DNA of 63,325 nt, the filler included. It is 5 parts of 5 records of this genome, joined end to end, with 100 filler letters (N's around TTAATTAATTAA, not from the genome) between each part and the next. Parts side by side here need not be neighbours in the genome. Positions count along the whole stretch, not along the records: positions 35,026 to 55,588 come from SRR2962707_5177; positions 55,689 to 63,325 come from SRR2962707_5179; 3 more parts are not named here. The stretch is one strand, 5' to 3'. Made by a program: the position numbers and the translations under genes. Each line of letters starts with the position of its first letter. Positions within the stretch are counted from its first letter, which is position 1. Shown here in pieces: positions 53,578 through 63,325 of the stretch. Below the pieces are notes generated by a model, which was given only the letters and a program-made list of their open reading frames with translations, searched no databases and was not told the origin of the DNA.

Positions 53578-54552
53578 CTAGCCAAAGGAATGTGCCGCCA
53601 GCCCATAAAGACGCGCGCCGCTTTCGGCGCGCCGCTGTGGTCCGATACGCATTTCCGTGCAGGTGTCGAAAACGCCCAATCCAGCCGCAGACAGAAACGC
53701 TTTGAAGTGCTCGCTTTGCTGCGGTGTGTCCACCCTCACAAACTGGCCTTCGTGTTGCTTAAGCAGCGGAGCACAGAGCTGCATCGCCATTTGATCGTCT
53801 TCTGCGACCACCGGGCCAATCACCACACCCTTGCCAAACGGACGGACCAAAGCAAAACCGCGGACTTCGCCGTCACGCATTGCGACAACCCCAGTAGACT
53901 CGCGTAGCAAGGCTGCCTTCACAATCTGACGGTCTGCCCCATAAGCCCGCGTGTCCAGAGCGTCGATCACGCTGTGATCTGTGGGCGTCAGAGGGCGCAC
54001 ATCTACCCCAGCGGTTGGCGAGGGCGCATTGGCTAGGCGCGCAATGCCCTGCTGCTGCCAGATCGTTGCGACAGTTTCAAAACCTGCATCCCGGTACAAT
54101 CGGAACCCGGACCGTGTGGCCGACAAGCGCAAATCGCAGCCCTTGCAATCGTTTAGGATGCGCCGCAAAAGCCGACGCCCCACCCCTTGTGTCTGAAGAC
54201 GGGGGGTGGTGACCATCATGCCAAACATGGCAAAGTCACCTCCTGACGGAAAATACATCGCCGATCCAAGGGGACGGCCGATCTCATCGAGCGCAATATA
54301 TCCTGTACCAAGTGACAGAAAAAGATCGAGATCCGGTGCACGGTGCGGCCAGAACACGGCCACTGTCAGTTCATGCAACAACACGCGATCCTCGGCCAGC
54401 AGAGGTCGGATTTCAGCTTCGTAACTATCCAGTTTCAGGCGGGCACCATCTTCCGGAGACGATTTTGACATAAAGGATTCGTAACGGGCCAGGCTGTCCC
54501 CGTCGCCGTGTTCGCCTTCGACTTTGTGCCCGCTGTCACCCTGCATTCGCAT
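53578..54552 (-). CDS. GNAT acetyltransferase (YitH-like), paralog of 48885-49730
   Basis: WPHR, LQTQGVGRRL, LYRDAGF and RPFGKGVVIGP. Confidence 0.86.
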   Translation of the reverse strand: MRMQGDSGHKVEGEHGDGDSLARYESFMSKSSPEDGARLKLDSYEAEIRPLLAEDRVLLHELTVAVFWPHRAPDLDLFLSLGTGYIALDEIGRPLGSAMYFPSGGDFAMFGMMVTTPRLQTQGVGRRLLRRILNDCKGCDLRLSATRSGFRLYRDAGFETVATIWQQQGIARLANAPSPTAGVDVRPLTPTDHSVIDALDTRAYGADRQIVKAALLRESTGVVAMRDGEVRGFALVRPFGKGVVIGPVVAEDDQMAMQLCAPLLKQHEGQFVRVDTPQQSEHFKAFLSAAGLGVFDTCTEMRIGPQRRAESGARLYGLAAHSFG

Positions 54553-55084
54553 TCAATCCTGTTGTTTATTGCGGAATCTTCAGGTCCTACCTGTCCGCAT
54601 GTCCTGTATTTTGCCCTGACTTAACCAAATTATTCTACCGAATGCCAAGGCATCGCAACATATTCTGCCGCCTGAGACGGCGATCAAACCGCTCAAACCC
54701 CACCCTAAACCGTCAGCCCGTGATTAAGACGAAATCAAAACATTGTCGATCAGGCCAAAGAGATCTTCCAAAGATGGCTAGTAAGTACTGAATTTTTTAC
54801 GAGCCATGGGACGGTAAAGTCCAAGACCTCAGCGTCTTCGCGCCAAAATCTGGCGAGCGCTTCTTTGTTCAAAGCTTTCGTCCCACCTCTGCGGAACTAT
54901 CCACAAAAGACCGGGAATTTGCGCATCTCAGAAACAAAGAAGGGAATTGGATGCAGACGGCAGGGCCTCCCCCCCGGTTTCCCGGAAACTCTGCATAACA
55001 CTCCGATCAAAAGACCGTGCTACGGCCGGGAGAAAATCACCGCGTCACGCCTGCACCTTGGAGGATAGTCATGATCCGCACAGG

Positions 55085-55225
55085 AATCAAATTAGTCGCC
55101 GACAGAACAGCGATGGACAAAACGATCTAACGGCGACTGATGGTGAAACGCTGACCGATCTTGAACGCGCGGCCCGGTTCTTGTTTCTTCAATGCATGGC
55201 AATTGGCGGTCATGTAAGTCATTGA
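55085..55225 (+). pseudogene. Remnant of a D12-class (Dam-like) N6-adenine DNA methyltransferase
   Basis: ETLTDLERAARFLFLQ..AIGG resembles the phage-methylase segment LTD..RAARFxYLQ..AFGG; no catalytic motifs; stops inside the palindrome. Confidence 0.6.
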
Positions 55226-55405
55226 ACTAAATATCCATCCGCCTTCTTCCGTTGTCTTCGGGCCTCTTCCGTTTTCCCCGTAGAGTAATGCTTAAACCGA
55301 CAATAAAGCTGTAGGTTTAAGCACTTCTTTACACTGAAAACGGAAGAGGCCCGAAGAGAGCGGAAGAAAGCGGATGGCATTGCGTTTCAATGACTTACGT
55401 GACCG
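55207..55405. repeat. ~200-bp imperfect palindrome
   Basis: Arms of about 95 bp with a 22-bp perfect block TCTTCGGGCCTCTTCCGTTTTC / GAAAACGGAAGAGGCCCGAAGA and a short central loop near 55306. Confidence 0.92.
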
Positions 55406-55588
55406 TTAGGCCGTATTTTGCCGCGTGATTTAGTTTTTACACAACAGGACAGAATAGCCCCAAAACGGCGTAAACGCGCGTCTGAGGCGGCTTATGGCGC
55501 GCGTTGGGGCTAATCGGCTAACCCTTTGTGAAAAAGCGTTGAATACCATTTTATGGGGCATTTACGGGCCGTTTTTGACCCGCCAAAT

Positions 55589-55688
55589 NNNNNNNNNNNN
55601 NNNNNNNNNNNNNNNNNNNNNNNNNNNNNNNNTTAATTAATTAANNNNNNNNNNNNNNNNNNNNNNNNNNNNNNNNNNNNNNNNNNNN
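55589..55688. other. Artificial contig spacer
   Basis: N44-TTAATTAATTAA-N44. Confidence 0.99.
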
Positions 55689-55713
55689 TGCTGCTGCTGC
55701 TGCTGCTGCTGCT
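55689..55713. repeat. (TGC)8 microsatellite at contig start
   Basis: Direct reading; encodes poly-Ala in the GH54 frame. Confidence 0.9.
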
Positions 55714-57074
55714 ACCACTACTGCTGCAGCAGGCACGGTGCACAGGGCGGCTGCGAGCGTGTGCGACATCATCAACGATGCCCCTGAAAACACAACATGC
55801 GTAGCAGCGCACAGCCTGGTCCGGGCTCTGTACTCGTCGTACGACGGACCGTTGTACCAGGTCCGTGCCGTGGCTGTTGCTGTAAGGAACATGATTTTTG
55901 ACGCAGGTGGACTGAGCGAACGGTTTGTGTGTGCGCCACAGGTCCTACGAACGTCAGACAATCGCACACTTGACGTGAGCGTCGTGGAACCCGGTGGGTT
56001 TGCAGACTCCGCGGCACAAGATGAGCACTGTGCAGACGCCGGCTGCGTCGTGTGGCGTATTTACGATCAATCTCCGTTCCAGAATCACTTGGATGTTGCC
56101 CCGCCCGGTGGCAACTGGCCACACAAAGACATACCCGTGAATGCAACAAGGGCAAGTGTTTTAAGACGCGCGTGCCGCTGTACGTGATTGAGAGAATGCC
56201 GTATTGTGCCACGTTTGAACTTCTGCGTCACTTGGTAGGAGTCTCTGTATGTCGGCGGTCACCGGGTGTATGGAGCATGGTTTGAGCTGAACATGGGCTA
56301 CCGCCGGGACGGTGCCAATGGCACTGCGCTTGGGAATGACCCAGAAACAATATATGCTGTTGTCAATGGCCGACACTACAACGCGGACTGTTGCTTCGAT
56401 TATGGAAACGCCGAGTTTAACGACTTGGACACCGGGAAAGGCGCAATGGAGGTGGGCGTTGTTGAAGAGGTTTGAACTGGGAATTTGTGTCGCGTTTCGT
56501 GACTCACACAAGTTTTCCTGTCTGGCAGGCCATCTATTTTGGAAATCTCACAACATCTGGCCAAGGTTCCGGACACGGGCCGTGGGTGATGGCTGATCTT
56601 GAAAAGGGCCTCTGGCCTGGAAACGAAAGTTTCAACGAAGCGAATATTCCAATGGACTTCGACTTTGTAACGGCAGTGTTGAAGGGTAGAACCGATGGAT
56701 TTGTTTTGAAGGGCGGAAACGCACAAGCCGGCTCGCTGATAAAGCTGTTCGTTGAAATTTGGTATTGTGTGCTGATCCGCCGTCTGTCGCGCGCAGCAAT
56801 GAAGTATTTTTTGTGTATTTTGGTTGACTGCAGGTTCGACGGCCCGCGGCCGGCTCACTATCAACCCATGAACAAGACAGGATCCATCATTCTTGGAATC
56901 GGCGGCGACAACAGTCCGCGCGGAGTCGGAACCTTCTACGAGGGCATTATGGCGACAGGAGTGGCATCGGATGACACAGATGCTGCTGTCCAAGCAAACA
57001 TAGTTGAAGCCAGATACGGCCACTCCACACAATTTACGCGAAGCGCAGAAAAACATGCGAGCATAAGTTTTTAA
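55689..57074 (+). CDS. Eukaryotic alpha-L-arabinofuranosidase B (GH54 catalytic domain), 5 exons, 5' end cut off
   Basis: CVAAHS..RALY..Y.GPLYQ, IYDQS, CCFDYGNAE, MEAIYFG, GPWVMADLE and GIGGDNS..GTFYEG; introns 55861-55941, 56152-56238, 56452-56528 and 56747-56833 restore one reading frame. Confidence 0.92.
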
Positions 57075-57709
57075 CGAAGGGTCTCGGTTACTTTCTCGAA
57101 GCACGACTTTTCGCCATGTCGTGCTTGGAGCTTATTGGGCCTTTCTTGAAGCCTCCCGGTGGCTCTCGCTTTGCCTGTCCACCTCGACGCTTCCGCTGAA
57201 AGAAGCATCATCATGCACGCACGCACGAACAGACGAACAAACACATTAATTGCAAAGACATCACAATCGACCTGCAGCAAAGCTTTGCCACGTGGCAGTC
57301 GCTGTCCAAGTGCTTACTTTCACCCAAGCCAAGCTCACACTCGTCGCCATACGATCTTCGCGGGTTGCATCGTGGCCTGATTTTGCGGGCAGCGTCATGT
57401 ACCTAGCCGCGACGAACAAGCCGGGACAAAAGAGTCGAAGCCCAACCAGATGAGTTGGCACACAAACGCAACAAACAAACAAGCAGCAGCCTCGAATGGA
57501 GCGTACCGCTTTCCGTCATGAGAGACGACTTTGTTGTCATAATAGCGAACTTTTGATTTGTTGTCTTTTGGCACAACCTGAGAAATGTGTGGATTGTGCG
57601 CATCGCGATGCTCTTGCATGTGGTACCTTCAGCAACGCGTAAGCCCATCTTGGAGTGAGAGCACGCCGCCAACCCACGAAAAGGCACCGAACGTTTCGGC
57701 GAGTGCCAG

Positions 57710-57998
57710 TCAAACAGACCTTTCCAAGACCATTCGCGTGATGCGCTCCTGTGTCTCCGCGTCAAATTCTCCTTCCTCGCCTTCCATGTCGTCCTCGTCT
57801 ATCATTCCTCCATCCAATTTGTTTGGCAAGAGCTCCAAGCCACCCGAGCCGACCGCTCCGTCCATGTCATCAATAATGTCGAGGAGGGTTTCAGCAGCGG
57901 CTTGAACATCTCCGTTGCACGCGCGCAAAATACGACGACAAGTGCGACCGCCAAGCTCAGGGAAAACTTTTCGAAGTTGCTCGAATTCTGCTTGGTAC
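57710..57998 (-). CDS. Terminal exon encoding a CUE ubiquitin-binding domain
   Basis: After an AG acceptor: YQAEFEQLRKVFPELGGRTCRRILRACNGDVQAAAETLL, with the FP and di-Leu motifs of CUE. Confidence 0.65.
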
Positions 57999-58157
57999 CT
58001 TTTAAAGCAGAGTAACCGTCAACCATTGGAATATAAACGCAAGCAGGCAGTACAATGGTGTCGAAGAGAGACGGACTCGAATGAGACCACAGCATTGTCG
58101 CCGTTCTGCGCTGCGTCGCGTGGCAATCTTGAGTGGTCAAGCAGACTTGCAAGTGAG

Positions 58158-61100
58158 CTATGCGCGTCGTCTCGCACTTGATTTGCGCGATTTTGTTGGC
58201 GTTGTGCGTACTCGGTTTGCTGAAGCTGCGCAACGGAAGCACCGAGCTGGACAATAAACGCAGACACCGACCTGTCGGGTGCGTTGGCCGCTACCTGCTC
58301 GCGCGCACACAGGGTTTACATTTCGCAATAAAGAACAAACAAGGACAAAAACAATCCAAGAACGCAGCAAGCAGCGCACCTCAGGTGGCAAAAATGCCCG
58401 AACATCGGCACAGACTGCGGCAAGAGAACGCCGATTGCTACTTTTGGCCCCCCTGCCTTGGCTAGCACTAGTGTGGTATTGCTCCGCAACTCCGGTGAGG
58501 TACACCTGAACAGCGACATCTACAGCATCGCTGCTGGTGAGTGCACCGTACCTGGCGAGGTGGCGTTTGTACAACCGGCTAAAAGTGGCTGCTTCCGGTG
58601 TCAGCGACTCGCCATTTGGAGCCTTGGGGTTCTCATCAGCGGACAATTCGGTCTGGTCGAGTCGCGAAGCAAAAGAGGGGGATGGGGAGGCAAAAGGTGT
58701 GCGACGTGTTCGCGCTCGATCGGATCCGGCGCGCTCCACATGGCCTCGCTGGTTGCCTTTACCACCACTCAAACTGCGAACTGCACCTGGAGTCAAAAGT
58801 CCTGGCGCACCGCGATCTTTATCATCGGACACTGGACGAGTTGGACGTGGAGGGGTTGCCATGCGGCTTGTTTGCTGTTGCGCGCGGTGTCGATCCTTGT
58901 CTGCCTCTCTTTCAGCACGTTCTCTTCTGAGAGCTTCGTGAAGTTCATTTTCCCGGTCAATTGCGACTTTTTGCTGAAACGCTGCTTCGTCTAATAGTGC
59001 CGAGTGCACGTCTTGCAGCTCATCGAACCTGAAGAAGCGGCATTCGCACAAAGAAACGCACGAGATGCCACATTTTCATTTTTTCCGCAACGACGGACGA
59101 CAGATCGCTCAGACACTGAATCAACGGCTGTGAAAAACGCACTGTCGCTGCACATCGCTCAGAAGTTCTCGTTGGAGCTCCAGTTGGCGAGCGGCCCGCT
59201 GTTGCGCCTTGGCGATTTCCGTCTCCAGCTCTCGCCTGTGGCGCTGTCGTTGAGCTTGCAGTTTATTGCGCAAAATAGCAAGTTGTGACTCCAAGTCGTC
59301 AAGCTCCTCCTTGTGCTTTGCCGTCTGTTCTCCACGGTCAGTGCACGTGGCGCATACATGGTCTTTCGGAAAGTCGTCCGCAGAGACTGGGACACCACTG
59401 CTGAATCGCGGATCGTTTTCATTGCTCAAGGCTGACCGATGAACGCTGGCTTCAGCTGAGGCTGCCGCTGCATCTTTCTTCGACGCTGGCCTTGGCTTTG
59501 CTGTCGTAACATTGAAATATGCGAAAGGGTCAGGTTTTGCTTCTTGGACCTTTTTGCGCGGTCGGTTCTTCTGTCGCGAAGGCGCAGGCGCTGGAGCCCC
59601 AGACACTGTAGTCCATTCACTATCGCCATCATCACCAGCACCATCGTCGATTTGCTTTTGTGCGAGGGCAGTATCTTGAACAAGCTCGTCTTTCTGCGAG
59701 TCTTGACCTTGGCCAGAACCTCCACTCGGGGCCTGTGACGACTTTTTCTTGCGGTTTCTTTTGCGAATTGACCTGGCCCTTTTGGAATTTGCCTGGCCCA
59801 CCACACTAGTATTTTGGTCAGGACCACAGCTGCTCATTGCTGATGACACAGCTGTAATTGCTCTCCATAAAGGGCGCAGCACGTCCAGTGTCAAGTTCAA
59901 AAGCCATTGTGGTGGACTAAGGAAAGGAAGGGCCACAATGGCAAGTTGCAGGCCGAGTGACCACACCACACTTGCAAAGCGCCATGCGAGACCATGCGTA
60001 CCTAATCAGGAACCACCACCAAGAGGCATGTCAGTGCCGATTGAATCAGCTGATCACGTGTATCAATCGGCACTGACAAAGTGCAGCACATACCCAAGAG
60101 CGTCCGGATCACACACACTGAGATGAAACACAGTGATGCTGCTACGGCAACTGGAGCCGGGCCATCCGGCCTGAAGTAAAAATGTCTGAACTCGACAGCT
60201 CGTTGAATCACCGCATCCACCTCCGCTTGCGTCACCGCCGTGTACCTGCGTCAATCGCACCATGGTTGTATTAAAACCTGTTTTTGGTCTGTGTCACGCG
60301 GCGTGCTGCAAAAACGGGCAAGCACATTGAAACGCACCATCCACCACAATAAACCACCACCGGAGCAAGCAGCAACGACACAGCCAGCGTTCGCCAGCTT
60401 GGATAGCCACCTTCCGCGAGCGCGCTCAAACCCAAGGCTACCATCACAATGAGAACCACTGTGGAGAGCCCATGCCATGACGAGCGAGACTTTCGACTTC
60501 CAAATTGAACTCGCAGCCGAGCAACAGCATCCGTGATTGGCCACGTTCCACCGAGGAACACGAAGACAATGGAGGACAGTGGAAGCATCATCACGCTCGC
60601 ATCAACCATGCACAGCCACCCGGATGCGGCACCCAAAGCAATGGCCGCGGTGGGTTGAGTGGAATCAGCGACGGAAGCACTCTCGTCATCTGCCCACGGC
60701 CACAGAACGATGGCAATTGAAAGGGCAGTCACAGCTGCACGTAGTTGAGCAAACGACTTCAGGTAGGAGACATATGTACGGATCAGCTCGCCCTTGTGCT
60801 CCACGCCCAGGACGTCAAGGAGCCAAACTGAGAGCCCAAGCTCACCAGCATCTGACAAACGCTGACCGTTTTGGTGAACAACGTTGACAGCAGTTCTTCC
60901 GTCGGCTTCCGACGGCACCTTTCCCGTGCTGCTGCCGCTTGATGCGCCTGCGAGCCCGTTTGAATCGCGAGCACCGACTGCCGGACGGGAGCCCGGGTTC
61001 CCATGAATTTGACCTGTCGGGGGCATTGCATCTGGCAAGACGGCCCGCACCTCCACATGCACATTAGAAGATGGCGCTATGGCAAGGTCAAGCGTCCACC

Positions 61101-63274
61101 GGGCCGACCGCACTTCTGCTTCAGTAAATGACTGTTTCAAGTGTAAAAGTCTCGTCTGAAAGCGCTCGAGTGCATCTTTGAGTCCAGCAGAGCGCACTGG
61201 CAGCTCTTCCGGCGGAATAGAGCCGCGCTTTCGCGCGAGATCTTCGACAGCCTGCAGCGACGGGATCAATGTTTAGAGGCACTACGAAATCAACACCAAG
61301 AGACACATTATCCAGCAATGCGGACCTCGTGAAAAGCGACTGTGACGGCATGCTGAAGCGCTGTGTACGCCGAACCAGGAAATCGTGATTCTGGAACCTC
61401 AAAGTGAACCTCTGTCGCCTCAGTCTGACCGTGGCCAGATAGCCGGAGCTGTTCGTTCAGATTTACGCCTGCAGGAAGTTTCGTGCTCGGAGGCAGTAGC
61501 GCCACTAACCCTCGCACAGGGGTGACGACGCTCGTGGCTGCAAAGCACAACAAAGCCAACGCACAAACGTCATGCCAACGTTTGCAAGCACGGCTGCGCA
61601 GCAAGGCCGCTAGGAACAAACCTGATACTTGAGGGGCACGGCCATCTACTGGGGCAAGATGAAGTTCAATCTGCACGGCTTCATCGCGGCCGCAATGCAC
61701 AGGCCGCTCCATTTGCCAATGTCCCGTCACCTCGTGAGCATGATCGTTTGATACATCCTGCTGACTAGCTGCGCTTACCCGCGTCATAACCACAGCGTCG
61801 CACCGCGACAGCGTTTGCTCAGTCCCGCGTGACTGCAAGAAGTACAGCACACACCGGTGTGTCACACCACGTGACAACAGACACGTTGAACCAAAAAACA
61901 ACAGACACGTTGAACCAAAAACCAACTGACCAGAAGCAGCGCATCCATACGGTTCGCATTTGCTTTGCCAATGTAACCTTGCAATCCAAATCCCCATTGC
62001 AGTGCATCTGGAGGCCATGAGCCGGGCTGTGGGCGCATGTGATGCCGTTCGAAGAACAAAGTGAACAACGTCGAGCCTATTCGCGAGAACGGAAAACATG
62101 AAATGGGAGGCGGCGTCCAGCAAGGGAACGCAAGCAGGCAATGTTGTACTAAAATGTACCATCGGCGCCTTCAGTTGCGGTCGTTAAGGTTGTTCGAGAT
62201 TCACCCACAACTGCAAACACAGATGTGGCCCCGGCGATCAAGGTTTTACTACGATCCCCCACTTGTCCACTGTTTTGTTCGAGATCGTGTTGATCAGTGC
62301 GCCTTTGATCCAGCGCTGTTTTGACCAGTTCCTCGATTCCTAGTCTCAGCTCTGGTGCAACAGCAGGCGGTGGATCCTGAGCAATTGGGGCATTGTTTTG
62401 TGTCGGTTTCCTCGTCGGCTGCTCCAAATCTCCGACAAGCAACGACTCCTACAGGAAAAACGGGTCACACGTGAAGGTCGGTGCCACAAAGGTCGATTTT
62501 CAGTTGGCAGCGGGTGTATTAGGCCTGACCTTAGTTGGGGGTACGCCAACCGAAGCGTCGGCCGCGGTGGCAGTGAACCCTTCCTCTTGCGACACTCGAC
62601 TCCACAGCGCTTGTACGCACGATGCCTGGCAACAAAGACGTCGAGTCACAGAATGACCTCAAGCGAGCCGACCGCACAATGTAGTCACAGCAAATTGAAG
62701 AGCGAACCTCTGGCAACAGAAGCGTTTTGCAAAAAAAGGTGATTCGTTGATTCACTGGCTCCTTATTAAATAGCCGGAGCTCTAGTGACAACCCGTCAAC
62801 CGCAACCGAAAACAGGGACGAGGGCCACGAGTGCGCTTCGTGGCGCGAGTGGAGCTCGGTAAATTGGCGGGCACCTGTGAAATCGGTTCTGTTGATTTCA
62901 TCTTCTGTGAACGCCACGAACTTGGACACAAGCTGTCGCAGCAACACTTCCTGGGCACTTTTACTGCCAGCGTCAATGCCGAGTTCCTGTAAGGCGTCAG
63001 TTGCCTCACGCACGAGGCCGCGGCCTGCCCTCATGCACACATGGTGCATGAAGACAATCGGAATAGGGTCGTCCGTGTCTTTGCTCACGGTGAACTTCGC
63101 CACGTACGCGCAGTCGGCCGGTGCGTTGACGTCATCCACCGCCAACAGCTCGCCAACAGCAAACTGTCCTTCCTTGGTGCTGAGCGCCGGCTCAGAAACG
63201 CCCATCAGTACGCAGAGCAACAGTGGCAGCACCGCACGCAGCGATTGACGCAGGGACGGAGTTGCAGACGCCAT
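58158..63274 (-). CDS. Multi-exon eukaryotic gene(s) of unknown function (signal peptide, TM segments, coiled coils); exon bounds unresolved
   Basis: Successive minus-strand ORFs: MASATPSL..LLLCVLMG signal at 63274, hydrophobic helices at about 59900-60800, coiled coil at about 58900-59320. Confidence 0.45.
61874..61921. repeat. 24-bp perfect tandem duplication, probably intronic
   Basis: ACAACAGACACGTTGAACCAAAAA twice. Confidence 0.85.
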
Positions 63275-63301
63275 CGTGCGTTCTCTCTGGTGTCTGAACG
63301 A

Positions 63302-63325
63302 ACACACACACACACACACACACAC
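63302..63325. repeat. (AC)12 microsatellite at contig end
   Basis: Direct reading. Confidence 0.95.

Noticed and set aside
8763-55688. Repeated TTAATTAATTAA motif, and apparent linkage between nosZ, PhyH, mmsA and the hydantoinase
   Set aside because: Artificial spacers joining unrelated contigs; genes at the edges are truncated by assembly, not pseudogenised.
61874-61921. 24-bp tandem repeat as a functional element
   Set aside because: Two copies in probable intron sequence; most simply explained by replication slippage.

Overview
The window is not one locus. It is five unrelated contigs joined by 100-nt spacers (N44-TTAATTAATTAA-N44), so no gene linkage should be inferred across spacers. 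All taxonomy below is inferred from gene order and sequence style. (1) 1-8762: gammaproteobacterial (Marinobacter-like) housekeeping operon gyrA-serC-pheA-hisC-tyrA/aroA-cmk. (2) 8863-14609: GC-rich alphaproteobacterial contig starting with an Illumina adapter, then a ZntB/CorA transporter, TerC, rimO, a homocysteine S-methyltransferase, two tandem PAS-like paralogs and a PhyH dioxygenase. (3) 14710-34925: Alcanivorax-like contig with clade I nosR-nosZ, EEP-dsbA-cytochrome c4/c5-yihA, a Pha/Mrp antiporter operon, a Kazal-like lipoprotein plus DUF2868 plus DUF3482-GTPase trio, and an mmsR-like/GntP/mmsA unit. (4) 35026-55588: Roseobacter-like amine/amino-acid catabolic cluster ending in a DNA-methylase remnant and a ~200-bp palindrome. 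(5) 55689-63325: intron-rich eukaryotic contig with a GH54 arabinofuranosidase and a CUE-domain exon. The best candidate for an undescribed system is the 730-bp ORF-free gap after yihA. It holds a sigmaE-type promoter driving a 152-nt three-hairpin RNA with C-rich loops. A consensus sigma54 promoter faces it and drives a G-rich RNA with four 7-nt segments complementary to those loops. A GGA-hairpin module lies between them and recurs 2.2 kb away.
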